DNA of 64,000 bases from Balanoglossus misakiensis. Its lineage: Eukaryota; Animalia; Hemichordata. The notes under the pieces are model-generated. The model saw nothing but the letters and a program-made list of their open reading frames with translations, searched no databases and was not told the DNA's origin. Below, piece by piece: positions 11,594 through 23,271 of this stretch (position 1 is its first letter; each line of letters starts with the position of its first letter). The position numbers were made by a program, and so were the translations under genes. The DNA lies in assembly GCA_040954595.2 (NCBI GenBank), contig CM082576.2:15237028-15301027 (forward strand), in the 5' to 3' direction.

Positions 11594-13559
11594 GTAGAAA
11601 ATTTACATACCTCTACAGACTCCTTTTTATTTGAGTTTATAATTTAGGCTTAGCCAAGATTTGTGTACCAGATATTTCACAAAAGGTGTCACATCCATGC
11701 TTGTGGGGTGGGTTGGGGGAGTCAGTTTTTAAACTTATCAGGCTGAGTGAGCAGTAGATAGTTAATGTTAAGTTTTCCTAGCGGGCAATGAGAATTAGGG
11801 CACAAAAAAGAATAGTGGGAGGGATACTTAATTATTTCAGAACTTAGGGGGGGGGGGATTTACAATCATCACTTCAAGGGGAACATTGCTGTTTCTCTAA
11901 TGCATCAAAATGCTTACATCTCAATACCAACTAGCAGAGGAAGAAAGTACGAGTACCAACAAAATCATCAGTAGACCCATGGAGTCCCGGCTTGACAGTG
12001 CCAAGTTTTGGGGCCATCACTGACATGCATTTGTATAGATTTTTGTAAATTTAGTTAATTTAAGCGTACACATCTGTACTTGAACAGTTTATCTCCATAC
12101 CAACTAACAGAGGAGGAAAGTACGACTACCAACACACCCATCAGTCAACAAGAGGTCAGTAGACCCATGGAGTCCCAGCTTGACAGTGCTGTGTTTTGGG
12201 GCCATCACTGGCATGCATTTGTATAGATTTTTGTAAATTTAGTTTAAGTGTACACATCTGTATTTGAACAGTTTATTTAAATATGTACCGTATATTAATT
12301 TTTTTTTGTTCACTGAAACCATGAAATGCATAAACCAGTGATATCAAACCATCATCATTCAGAAAACGTGGACTTTCTAGGGGTTACAATTATTGTTTTC
12401 ATAATGTACAGAAAAGGTTACATTAGATCACTTAATCATTCAGCCACCCATTTTGTTTTTATTTTGAATATCTAGTTTTGTGACACACTTATTACATTTA
12501 TTATTGATTGCCAAAGGAAAATACATACAGGTACATTGCCTGTGTGTTCTAAAATGTTGTTTCATGTCCATTACATTTTTGTAAGATTTTGATTTGGCTG
12601 AACTGTTGGGGGTCCCAAATAAGACTATTGCGAAGAATTCTGTTAAAATGACTGGGGATCTCTTGTGAGATCTGCCAGGGAATTGCCATAATCATAGGGG
12701 AGTGTCATTGTTCATCTTTTATTCTGTTTCATCTGAAGGTATTTCCAGCATCCACATGTGTAATTTGCACCTTGGCAAACAAGTGAGGGATGTTGACAAC
12801 TATTTCGTAAAAAAAACCTCCTTGACAGCATGGAGAAGTTTACGGACGATTTTTATAGTCCATATATTGTCATGGTTGATGTTGCGAAGGAGGAATTCAA
12901 TAAGAATAATGTAAGTAAGAACAACTGCTTTGCAATGGGAAAAATAAGCTGTGAATTTCATTGAATGTAGCATTGACAAGTTTCAATAATCTGCTACAAT
13001 CAAAGATTTTTCTAGTACATGTATTATAAAATCTAATTGTGTAGGTCCATCTATTCATTTAACACTGAAATTATTCACAGATGTTGAATATTATCTTACA
13101 GCAGATATAATGTTCATAATATACGTTTTAATTTATTATTTTTTCCATGTAAATTGATATAAATACAGTATACTTGGGGCCAACACAATTTCACAGCAAC
13201 AAAACAGATGAGCGAGAAGTACAAGGATAGACCCCTTTTTAAATCCAGAAATTGCAAAATATATTGTAACCCGCCTGAAGAAGCAGCTATGTGTCTGTCA
13301 AACTGTCACAATGACATCCAGCACCTTGTACACAGGTTAACCACAAGAGAGAGGGTGAAAAATTGCAAAATAAATGTAACTTGGTCATCGAAGCTTTGAT
13401 GTCAACATTTTTTATTGTCATGGAGTAAATTCTCCATTATTTGTGCCCCATTATTGACTGGTGGTGGCAGTGTTGTAAGAGGGTAGATTTAACTACATGC
13501 TACCAGTAAGTTTTCTACAAGCAGGTATAAACATACAGAACATTCTCTCTGAAATCACA

Positions 13560-13683
13560 GCAAAAGAAAGGCGATACAAAAGCCTGGGATAAATGTGTTG
13601 CGCTGACCTGCGTTAACAGATCCCGTGAGGAGTACGGTGCCCAGAGCACTAACACAACCCCAAACTCTCGTGGCCTCTTTTGC
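13560..13683 (-). ncRNA. Putative structured RNA element, copy 1 (unidentified)
   Basis: Closing stem GCAAAAGAGGC/GCCTTTCTTTTGC, inner stem TGTGTT/AACACA, and two small hairpins. Homologous to 15338-15465 with compensatory changes. Confidence 0.35.
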
Positions 13684-14370
13684 ACACATACATAACTATG
13701 AGAACGAGGGATTCAAATTGTCCCTTTGACAACAAACCATCATAATTCGGAAAAGGCGTGAATTTTGTATCAATTACAATCATTGTTTTCAAAATGTACA
13801 GAAGAGGTAACATTAAATCACTATGCAGCCATCCTGTTTGTTTGATTTTGAATAAATCTACTTTTGTTTACACTTGGGTCCCTGCTGCATGAAACTCTGC
13901 TGGAACTCGTTGGTGAAGACCAGCCAGCTCTGACAAAAATAAATGAAACTCATGAGAAACTTTAAAAGTATCAATGCTGGATGGCAACCACAAATAGGAT
14001 AAAAAGTGCCTAAGGAGGGTAAAAGAAAGGCTGCAAGAAGGGAGCAAAGACAGAAAGCTGGAGCGAAAGCAGTTCTACTGAAATTTGTAATTTCAGATGC
14101 TGTTAAGAAATGCAATATTGGTGATAGTAAATACAAAATTGGCCTTGCAGACATTGATTGTTCCAAATTGGATTCTCTTTCGAATCACTTGGATCATAAC
14201 AATCTTTCATATCTGTTGCAACAAAATTGTTTTACCGAAGAAGTAAAAAGTAGTGATGTCTAAGGCATATGAAGTATGAAATACAGGATTTAAGCAACAG
14301 CATTCAATGACCTTCTCAACACAGGTGTTGAAGTTCATGCACAAGCATGTGTGTATGTGTGCATGTTACT

Positions 14371-15025
14371 GTTCAGTTTTAACGGCTGGGAGCAAGTTTG
14401 TGTCATTGGTTTTCAAAATCAGACCCACCCCGTCACCCATGCCCAAAAAATGACCCCCCCCCCCCCTCTTTGACAGGCAAAAAAATTATGACCCTCCCGA
14501 AAACATTCACTGTCCTGATCTTATGTACACTGTATGCAATAAAGGGAAAGAGGCTCCCCACACCTCAATTACAAATAAAAAGAAGTGTATTAAATTGTTG
14601 TGTTGCAATAAAGAAATCTATGAATAAATTAAAATGACATGTCAATACAATATTTCAAGTTGGCAGAATTGGTAAAACAAAGAGAATACGCGGCTCAAAG
14701 TTGCATTTAAATGAACTCAAAAGCAAATTAACTCAATGTTGGGGGGGGGGGACAAATGTTAATTTTGCCACTCAACTCAAAGTACGCATCGGGGTGGGGT
14801 GGCAAGAAGTCTGCCCTAGTACACTAGACAAACCATCCAATATGAAATGTGGCAAAGAATGAAGGGGGTGTGCCCCTCCAACATTAGAAAATTTTGTAAA
14901 TTAAAAGGCTAGAAACTGCAATTTTGTGGATTCAAAAGCAAAAGTATGTGATCCCCCCAAACGTTTAAAAACAAATGACGCCACCCCCCCCCCCCCCCCG
15001 GCCGTAAAAACTGAATGGTCCCGTA
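14371..15025. mobile_element. Non-autonomous PIF/Harbinger-like MITE, related to 55330-58254
   Basis: The interior aligns with 55335-55903. Ends are GTTCAGTTTT (left end eroded) and AAAAACTGAATGGTCCC. Confidence 0.6.
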
Positions 15026-15337
15026 AGTAGTATGTTGTACTGTTCTCAATTTTTTTCTCGCCAAGAATATTTTGCCCTTTTTAGAGATTAATGCCAGTAT
15101 ACTATTAAAATCAGAATTGGCCAAGCATGTCTTTCCTTCCCTGTTTCTTTTTTTCCTTGGAAGCATTAAAAATGTCCTCGGATAGACAAATTATTTTTGA
15201 ATGGAAGGCACCTTACTGTCAATATCACACTGACCCTCCGCATTCAGATTTCAAAACAGGGTGACCCCACCACCCACCTCCCAGGCTGAAGAAACTGACC
15301 AGTCCCTAAATCAACACTGTATAGATCTCGAATCACA

Positions 15338-15465
15338 GCAAAAAGAAGGCGATACAAAAGCCCAGGGTAAATGTGTTTGCGTTGACCTGCGTTAACAGAT
15401 CCCGTGAGGAGTACGGTGCCCAGAGCGCTAAACACACACCCCTAAACTTCTGTGGCCTCTTTTGC
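15338..15465 (-). ncRNA. Putative structured RNA element, copy 2 (unidentified)
   Basis: Same predicted fold as 13560-13683. The minus strand ends GCCTTCTTTTT, resembling a Pol III terminator. Confidence 0.35.
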
Positions 15466-16795
15466 ACACAACTATACAACGGTTCTCAACAAACAACATT
15501 CATATTGACCAAACATGACCGCTACGTTCTTCAAGACCTTGGCGAACCAATGTTGTCCTAACAATTCCGCACAGATAGCACAAATTGTGATGGAAACCAG
15601 AACAGTCCGCCTCTGGTAGCGCAAAGGCTAGGCGGTCCCCCGCGCGAGCCTCTCATTGTCAACACGGTGGTCGGAACTCGCCGGAAAGCATACGCCAGCG
15701 GCCTTGACGAAAATTATAGACCCTTCACCAAAATGCTAAGGTAAACACGACTCGCAATCGGTGACCCGGGCTGGCTATCTGGTAGAGATAAAGCAGACTA
15801 CATAAGGAAAAGTTGCACAGAGCAACGACATTGGGTTCCTTCTCCGACAGATCCACGCTGATTAATAATTCTCCCTACAAAGCAAATGCATGGTAGACAT
15901 GCTAATTCTTGACCCAGAACGCGCTTCTGATTGGTTTATAACAGGCCGTGTATCACCCGCCAAGGGCGTGATGGACATTTCCCATGAGTAGCTTCTCACA
16001 GCTTGAGTTGTATAAAATTATATCGTTGACACGACACTACTTTCTCTGTCTAATAAACATTTCATACAAACGCCATAAGAAGTGTTTGATGTGATGTCCT
16101 GTAAAAAAGTTGTATAGGTATTTCAATGGTTGCGTATCTGTATATATAAAGTAGGCTTCCGTTCCGTTGGCTTTATAAATCGCAGAAAGCTTTTCATGTC
16201 TCGCTAACTTTTGAAATTTCCCAAACATCCTGTGGAATTCACAAGTAAACCAAATATATGGACAGATCCATCAGAAAAATCGTTTCCAGTGCATTATTTG
16301 ATCGGACACAGTAAATGATTCCTTGGCGAGAAATGCGAAGCGCAAACTGAGTTATTATTCTACTTGTTTCGTAAAAAATCATGTCGTGTGAGGGCGCCCC
16401 TTTATCCAAAACTTAAAACACGGGCTCTCCAGTCAGACTCAGAGACCGCGTTTCAGCCAATTCTTTCTGCGCTTGACAGATATCGACGTGTGTTGTTCAT
16501 TCCACTTATCATAAAGCTGTCATTGGAGTTTGCAAATTGTATAAATCCCGGCAAAATAATGCAGGTACTATGGGGACACTACGCACACATTCATCAGGTT
16601 GCATGTGCGGCTGCGTCATGGAATACATAATAAGATGAGAGATGGAACTTATTCCACTGTGACGTCACAGTTGTTCAGGTGACAATCACAATAGAATGTC
16701 ACTGTGTTATTCGTAATCTCTGCGATAACGCGGTGTGCCGCTTGCGGTATCAAAATATTCTCAAAGTTCAGCGAATTGCTTAACAAACTTTAGTA

Positions 16796-19030
16796 ATGTC
16801 CATATTTTCAGTGTTCATGTTGCTTCTCTTAGCGTGTTTAGGTAAGTGACGTGGCAAATCTACTGAGTTATTTCTGTCTTCTCTACCATCAACTTCCACC
16901 AATCTTTCCTCATTCTTTGCAGTACGCAACATGTACTTCTTGGCAGCCGGTTGAATATTTCTTCCAGGGGAAGAAGTATATTCTTATTTTGAGATTGATG
17001 ATATGAAACAACCTTTGTTAGTTAGCCTAATTCAATATACAAGGTGTGGTTATTGTTACGAAAACTCTTATCCAGAAAGTCCATTTTATATCGGAAAAGT
17101 GCGTTATAGTACACAGTGTGCATTTAATCAAAGTTTATTTTTATTCAATTCTCAGACCCCGTTCTCGAAGACGCGAGTGATGAGGGATGGGCCAGTGGTG
17201 TAACGGATTTATGGGAATCCGAGAATTGTGATAAAGTTAATAATAGCGAAACCGCAAGTAGCGAGTAAGTTTTCTTATGAAAAATTTATTGCGAATGTTG
17301 GGAAATGTATTTTCCTCGTAAAAATCAAGTGATGGTGACTACATATTTCTATACATTGGCCCGCACACGGCGCCTACAACAAAACGTTCAAAAGTACTGA
17401 AGATGAAGGATTTTTTTTGGAGAATTTACATGCCTCCGTTTTTTGTTTTGGATTCGCAAAACCGTATATTGCATCGCCCTGGTAACTCATGGTAACAAAC
17501 CACAATCAAGGTTCTATAGACTAAATGTCTGATGAATAATAATGAATAACCTTCACAAAATGTCGTCATTCTTTTCGTAAATGTTTATTCATCTAGATCA
17601 AGCGAAAGTGAAGTTGACGACGTAAAACCGCGAAAGAAGAAAAAACGCGGGAATGTAGTTCGTCGGTTCTTTCGTCGAGTGAGAAAGCGACTCAGTGGTT
17701 TATTTTGTCGTGCCCAGGAAACTGACGAGGTATGTTATGTTGTTATTTCTAAACTTAAAATGGCTGTGCATTTGTGTGTGAGAGATAAACAAACAAGATG
17801 ACACAGAGATGGTTTCGTTCAGAAAGGCGACATATAGTGGCAAAGAGATGAAAACAGAGAGAAAGATTTGAACCATAATCAGTACCTGTCATGCGCGATC
17901 ATATATTCTGACGTCATCTGTAACTCTCTCAACAGCTTGAATCCACCAGGAAAGAGCCAGAGGCAGCGAAGAAAAGTGAAAATGGCAAACTACTCAGTAA
18001 AAGCCCGGAAGGTTTGTATAACAAGCATCGCAATCTACTAGTATTGCATCGCGGTTAATTTTACTTAGACTATGGAATTCTACAAAAATTAAGTCACCCT
18101 TAAATATATCTTGTCTACAGGTAGTGCATGGCCTACATGCATATTCTGTCGCAATCATAGGCCTACAACGACACCACAGTAGTTGGTGAAACACCTACGT
18201 GCAACGTGTACGCATTTCAAACTAAACAAATTCATGCCTATTGGCACCCCTATCTCATCACCATGGCCCATACCCTGAGTTCAATCACCACACATTTTAT
18301 CGCTACAGCAACGATGATATGGTTAGTTGGTGAAACACCTACCATCCCGTTATAGTCTGAGCAATTCATATTACACAATTTAAAGCCTATTGCACCCCTC
18401 CTGTTATCACAATGACCCATCTCTTCAGTAACAAAGTGTTTCCTTAATACAGACACGGTGAAACGCGGCATTGTTTCTGTGTCGTGCATTAAATCAGGAT
18501 TGTACTCGAAAGTCGTACTCGGATATTTCCGTGAGCAGAAACAGCTGTACGCAATGAAGTATCTGAATTATGCCGACAATTTCAAGGACGCCACTTACTT
18601 CGATGATGTCGCCGCGAACGAAATTAACATGATGAGGTATGATCAAATTATTGGTATTGATATATCTATAAATCAGTCAAATGGTCAGTCAGTCGCTCAA
18701 TTCATTACTTAATCATTCAAAGGATCCATCGACCAATCTATCTGCAAATAGTCAGTAAATCAAGTACATGTATTGTGTCAACCAACCAACCAACCAACCA
18801 AATAACTAACTTTCTCTTTTACAGAGCTCTAAATAAATTAAACTGTGAGAAGTTTGTCCGCATGGATGGGATGTTTCATAAGAGCAAAATGAGCGTCCTT
18901 GTGTACGAATATGTGCAAGGTCTGGACTTGGAAGCATTCACCAAGAAATTCGGAAAAGAAGTAAGTCCTTCCGGCCAATTACAGCGAAAAGTACACACTA
19001 GATCCATGGAAGTTTTTGATGCTGATGCTA

Positions 19031-19073
<43 letters not shown>

Positions 19074-20062
19074 CGACGACAAGCCGAGACAGCCTCAAAA
19101 TTATCGGTGAAAACGAATCTTTTCTAAAACTGCGTGTATTTTTGTTTGTTTGTTGAAACGTAGGTGCCCCTGGTTGTCAAGTATGACATCTTGAAGAAAA
19201 TGGCCGACGCCCTGGCGGCACTACACGGCTTTGGTATAATACATAACGACATGAAATTGGCCAATGTAATGGTATGTACATGTACACTACGCTACGGGTT
19301 ATGTCGTGTTTATCACAATATATGAGTTTAAGACAGGCCTTTCCATGATTCACAATTACATTCAATGGTGAACACATACGGACACAATTATAATTCTGCA
19401 GAGTATTAGTCTATTGAAGAAATTCTGGCAGTGAGACAGGCATAACTGACTGACAGACTGACTTACCGAGAGACTGACAAACTACGTTGAGCAATTGTGC
19501 TGGATATGACAATTTGAAATCGTACTACATGTACATGTACATGTACATGTACATGTAGTAACAAAGGTCAAAATCTTGGTCACAAAAACAACTTTATCCT
19601 GTTTCGCTTCAGATGAAACTTCCAGAGATGACAGTTAAACTGATCGACTTTTCGTTCAGTTGCTATGAAAAGTCACCGCGATTTGACGGAGCCGGGACAA
19701 TGATGTACGCCCCACCAGAGGCTTTCAGGGCTGAGGTCCCACAATGCACGGCGGCCAAGGACATATGGGCGATGGGGTGCAGCATGGCCCAGATGGTCAC
19801 CTTGGAAACGACTTACGGCGGCAATCGCGGTGCCGAAGAGATACTACAAGAACTCGCAACTAAAGTGGCCAGTGGCGAGGACCTCACTCCAGTGTGTATC
19901 GCCATGTTGGATGACGGGCGATTTAAGGATCTCTGCCAGCGTTGCTGTTCCATGGTCCCGTCATCTCGGCCAAACGCCCGCATGGTCAGCCGGCGTCTGA
20001 GGAAATTGTTTGACGCGGAGAGAAAAACTCACCCAGGGGATTTTCCATTCCTAATAGCTTAA
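16796..20062 (+). CDS. Atypical non-RD Ser/Thr protein kinase, 8 exons, about 413 aa
   Basis: Exons 16796-16841, 17156-17264, 17597-17729, 17936-18011, 18453-18636, 18825-18960, 19164-19271 and 19613-20062 join in phase through GT-AG introns. Motifs: IKSGLYSKV (Gly loop), YAMK, NEI, LVYEYV, HNDMKLANVM, KLIDFS, GTMMYAPPE, DIWAMG, SRP. ATTAAA follows the stop. Exons 1-4 are less certain than the kinase exons. Confidence 0.85.
19031..19080. repeat. (GAT)n microsatellite in a kinase intron
   Basis: Seen directly. It explains the poly-D and poly-S ORF artefacts. Confidence 0.95.
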
Positions 20063-20473
20063 TTTTATTAATTTGCTTTATTTTATTAAACGTCACTGTT
20101 ATTAAATCGTATCATGTTTTCCATTTATTATTTTTTTCTGTTCAATCCGCTAATATTTCGTGTGTACGGCCCTGTGAAATTCGAAATGGACGTCTTTCCA
20201 CTGTTGGGTAGTCTGTGATAGAACAAAAAATGTGAAAATATTTGAAAAAGAAAATAGTGACACAGGCGATATAGCCTGTTTTTAAGATGCATGATGTAAT
20301 GTGGCGGGCACAGTCGCGTGATGGGGGTTGTGTGTTTACACGGCGATCGTCTTATCCCCGTGTAAACACATGTCTCTCACGCGACTGTGCTGGCGTGTGA
20401 CCCGGTCACTGACTTGGCGAAGAATTATCTGCAGTTTAATAGGCAAAATTGTATTTTGACCCCCCCCCCCCCC

Positions 20474-20894
20474 TAGCCCGGAGACCAGGGCATCGATCTA
20501 GAATACAACGCCCGGGGACAGTCGAGTAATGTCCCGCTGAGCTGAAAGATAGTAGCCCTGGCAACGATCAGGGTCGCTTAGTAACGAATGGATAACGAGT
20601 GATCTATCAAATGTTGACGGGCGCCAGTGGTTGGATGATATAATTAACAAAGCTTGGTTATGAATATTCATACACCTTCAAAACCACTCCCACATCCCGT
20701 TTTGAAAACATACTTGGTGACTCCACCTCTATTTCCTTATTTAGAATGCGATGATGTCATTTGGTTTACATTGAGTGACCATTTAGCTTACACGCAAGAT
20801 TTACCACCCGTGTCGTTCTACGAACAGAATTCTGTTCGTAAATAGAGACTGTCCCCGGGCGTTTCTTTTCCCCTACGCCCTGGTCTCCGGGCTA
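20474..20894. mobile_element. MITE with 18-bp TIRs, TA-ended
   Basis: TAGCCCGGAGACCAGGGC ... GCCCTGGTCTCCGGGCTA. Confidence 0.75.
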
Positions 20895-20929
20895 CCCTCC
20901 CCCCCACAAACCACCATATCAAGCCGTGT

Positions 20930-21164
20930 AAGAGTATCAGTAATACATAATTCACATAAAATAATCATTTGAATTTTGAATTGTAAACTTTACAACCCCT
21001 TAAAATCAAAATATCTCCCTCCCCAATACACCATAAACCCCAGTATTGATAAATTTAAAACCTTGTTATCTTCACAACACAACGAATCACTGAGAAAGTT
21101 GAGTACCTACTTATTTTTTGCGTTTGAGTTGAGGAAAAATACCTCGAGAGAAATTAGATTTTGA
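20930..21164 (+). mobile_element. 3' fragment of an RTEX-like LINE
   Basis: Translation NCKLYNPLKSKYLP...PSIDKFKTLLSS...LRKLSTYLFFAFELR resembles the C-terminus of such ORFs. Confidence 0.45.
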
Positions 21165-22130
21165 TTTTTAGGTCCCATTGGTATAGGCCTATATACCATG
21201 GGACCTTATGGGATGGGTTGCGTCTGTATGGATGTATGTATGTATGTATGTATGTATGGATGTATGTATGTATGTATGTATGTCCGTCCACATCAAAAAC
21301 TTGAAAACCGCTGCGCGTATCACCTTGATATTTGGTGTGCAGATGCAGGCAGGGCTGTAGATGGGAGTTTGTTCAAACGAAGTTGCCAGGCCCAAAAATA
21401 TGCAAATTAGCCAGTAAAATGTGAAATTTATCAAAACTCTGAAAGTCAACAACTACTGGTCAGATTGCTTTAAAAATTGGTATGCATGTACCTTATGTCA
21501 ACCTCACATCGACCTGTAAGTGTTAAGTTAATATCATGGATGTTTTATTTTTTATGAATTTTTTAGTCTTTTTATTAAATTTACACCTTTACTTATACCT
21601 CTATGGTTAAAGGCGGAACTCCCGTATAAAAGCGCGAGAGCACGCGAGAGTTGGCATAATGGTGGGAGATTCAAACTCACTAACAACAGAACGGACGTTG
21701 TCCATAAAAGACTGTAAATTTAGGTCTACCGATGATTTTTTTGTCTCTAAATTCAGAAAGGAGTGCATGAGTTTATTTAGCACGACATCCGCGGTTTCTG
21801 GTGCAATACAATTTGAAAATACTTTCGAAAACCGAAGATGAAATCATTTTGTCCCCGAGATATGACCGGTATATCGGTACGATTTTCAGTTTGAATCTGC
21901 GTGATTGACGTATTATGCAAATCAAAATTGGGCACCATTGATACATTGTGGCGTTGATTGCAAAGTGTGCGTGACCTGAAAATGGGGATGTGATCATACC
22001 AAATTTATAACACATGAACATGCATGCATCCATACATTCGGTAGTTCTCTTCTTGGAAATTGTGTTGGTCCTGAAAAGGACCGTTTGTATTTGTGTACCA
22101 ACCGTACAAAGTGAAGAGGGGAAAGCCTCA

Positions 22131-22754
22131 TCAGTGCCATTTATGGCCAACGTAAGGAACACCGGGTAAATTCGGGTAGAGACCACGGACAAGTCTCAGC
22201 ACACAATCTGGCATAATCTCTCTATTTGTCCACACTGTCGAGGTGTCTTCCTTCTTTTCCAGCAGTTTTCCCTTCTTTCGGATGTACTCTGGAAAGCGCC
22301 AAGCGTAACGGTCGCTTAGCTGTTTCCAAAAACGTTTGTACATCTTTTTCCTCACAAGATTGTTTCCAGCTCGTGCTTTCTGACCCGATCCTAGCCAATG
22401 CTGCCTATGTGTGGTAACACATGGCGAACAAAAACAAAATTCACAGGAGTTGTCCGAATCTCCGAAAGCCGATGTGCTCATGGACACGGTGTTTACTTCG
22501 ACGCCTGCTGCAGTTGTACCGCCTTCAGACACCGGGGGAGGGTCATTTGGGATTGCATCCGATAGACCGGCAGTGTTCCCATTCAACTTGCTGGCAGCCG
22601 ATATCGGGGTACTAACCCCCGCGGTCGCAGCAGGTGAACTTATGTGCCCCCGCCGCTCGATGACCGAGAGCTCCCATTCATTCATGGCAAAGAAAATTTC
22701 CAGTGCTTCCTCCTGCTCTTCAGTGACCGCTATCTTGATAATTCGTGTCGACAT
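22131..22754 (-). CDS. KolX-like accessory protein (P2X7 cytoplasmic-domain-like, Cys-rich), 207 aa
   Basis: CEFCFCSPCV...NNLVRKKMYKRFW...REIMPDCVLRLVRGLYPN..PYVG matches the N..R..AYR.F...R..P.CV...IR..FP....Y.G pattern. First ATG is at 22754. Confidence 0.7.
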   Translation of the reverse strand: MSTRIIKIAVTEEQEEALEIFFAMNEWELSVIERRGHISSPAATAGVSTPISAASKLNGNTAGLSDAIPNDPPPVSEGGTTAAGVEVNTVSMSTSAFGDSDNSCEFCFCSPCVTTHRQHWLGSGQKARAGNNLVRKKMYKRFWKQLSDRYAWRFPEYIRKKGKLLEKKEDTSTVWTNREIMPDCVLRLVRGLYPNLPGVPYVGHKWH

Positions 22755-23271
22755 GATGGATTCAGCTGACAACACGTTCCGCGGTTAGGATCGCGTGGGT
22801 ATATAATGTGTTTGCTTTTGGCGGGCGCGGGATCCCCATTTGAAGTCGAAGTAGCGAAATATAAAAATTCACCATTTTCGGGAGGGACGAAGAGTGACGC
22901 GTATGCTTTGAGAATTTACAAAGTCGTCATTTCGACAAGTTTTTAGTGATTTAAAATTGGAAACTAATCGTATTAATTGGTGAAAGCGGGTTTTCTCAGT
23001 TGTATTTTAATGTTATGATTTAAAAATCGGCAGAAAAAAAATTCGTTTCACCTACCATGGTGAAATGAACCCGTACAAAATTTTGGTAAAATGTTGCAAT
23101 TCCATTCACACCTCTGCGCCAATATTTGGTTGTAAATTTATCGCATGCAAGTCATCACAAGAGTTTCGTTCTAATAATAAGAAATTATAATCATATATGC
23201 AAGTCATCACAAGAGTTTCGTTCTAATAATAAGAAATTATAATCATATAACAATAAAGGCTGCAAATCATC

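Noticed and set aside
13876-14263. Possible coding remnant (85-aa and 102-aa ORFs)
   Set aside because: No recognisable domain and no consistent splice structure found.
15600-15810. RNase P/MRP, 7SK or telomerase RNA identity
   Set aside because: Only a partial CAGACTA match. There is no complementary P4 strand, no paired GATC motifs and no CTAACCCT template.
18775-19110. Poly-Asp and poly-Ser ORFs
   Set aside because: Read-through of a kinase exon into an intronic (GAT)n tract.
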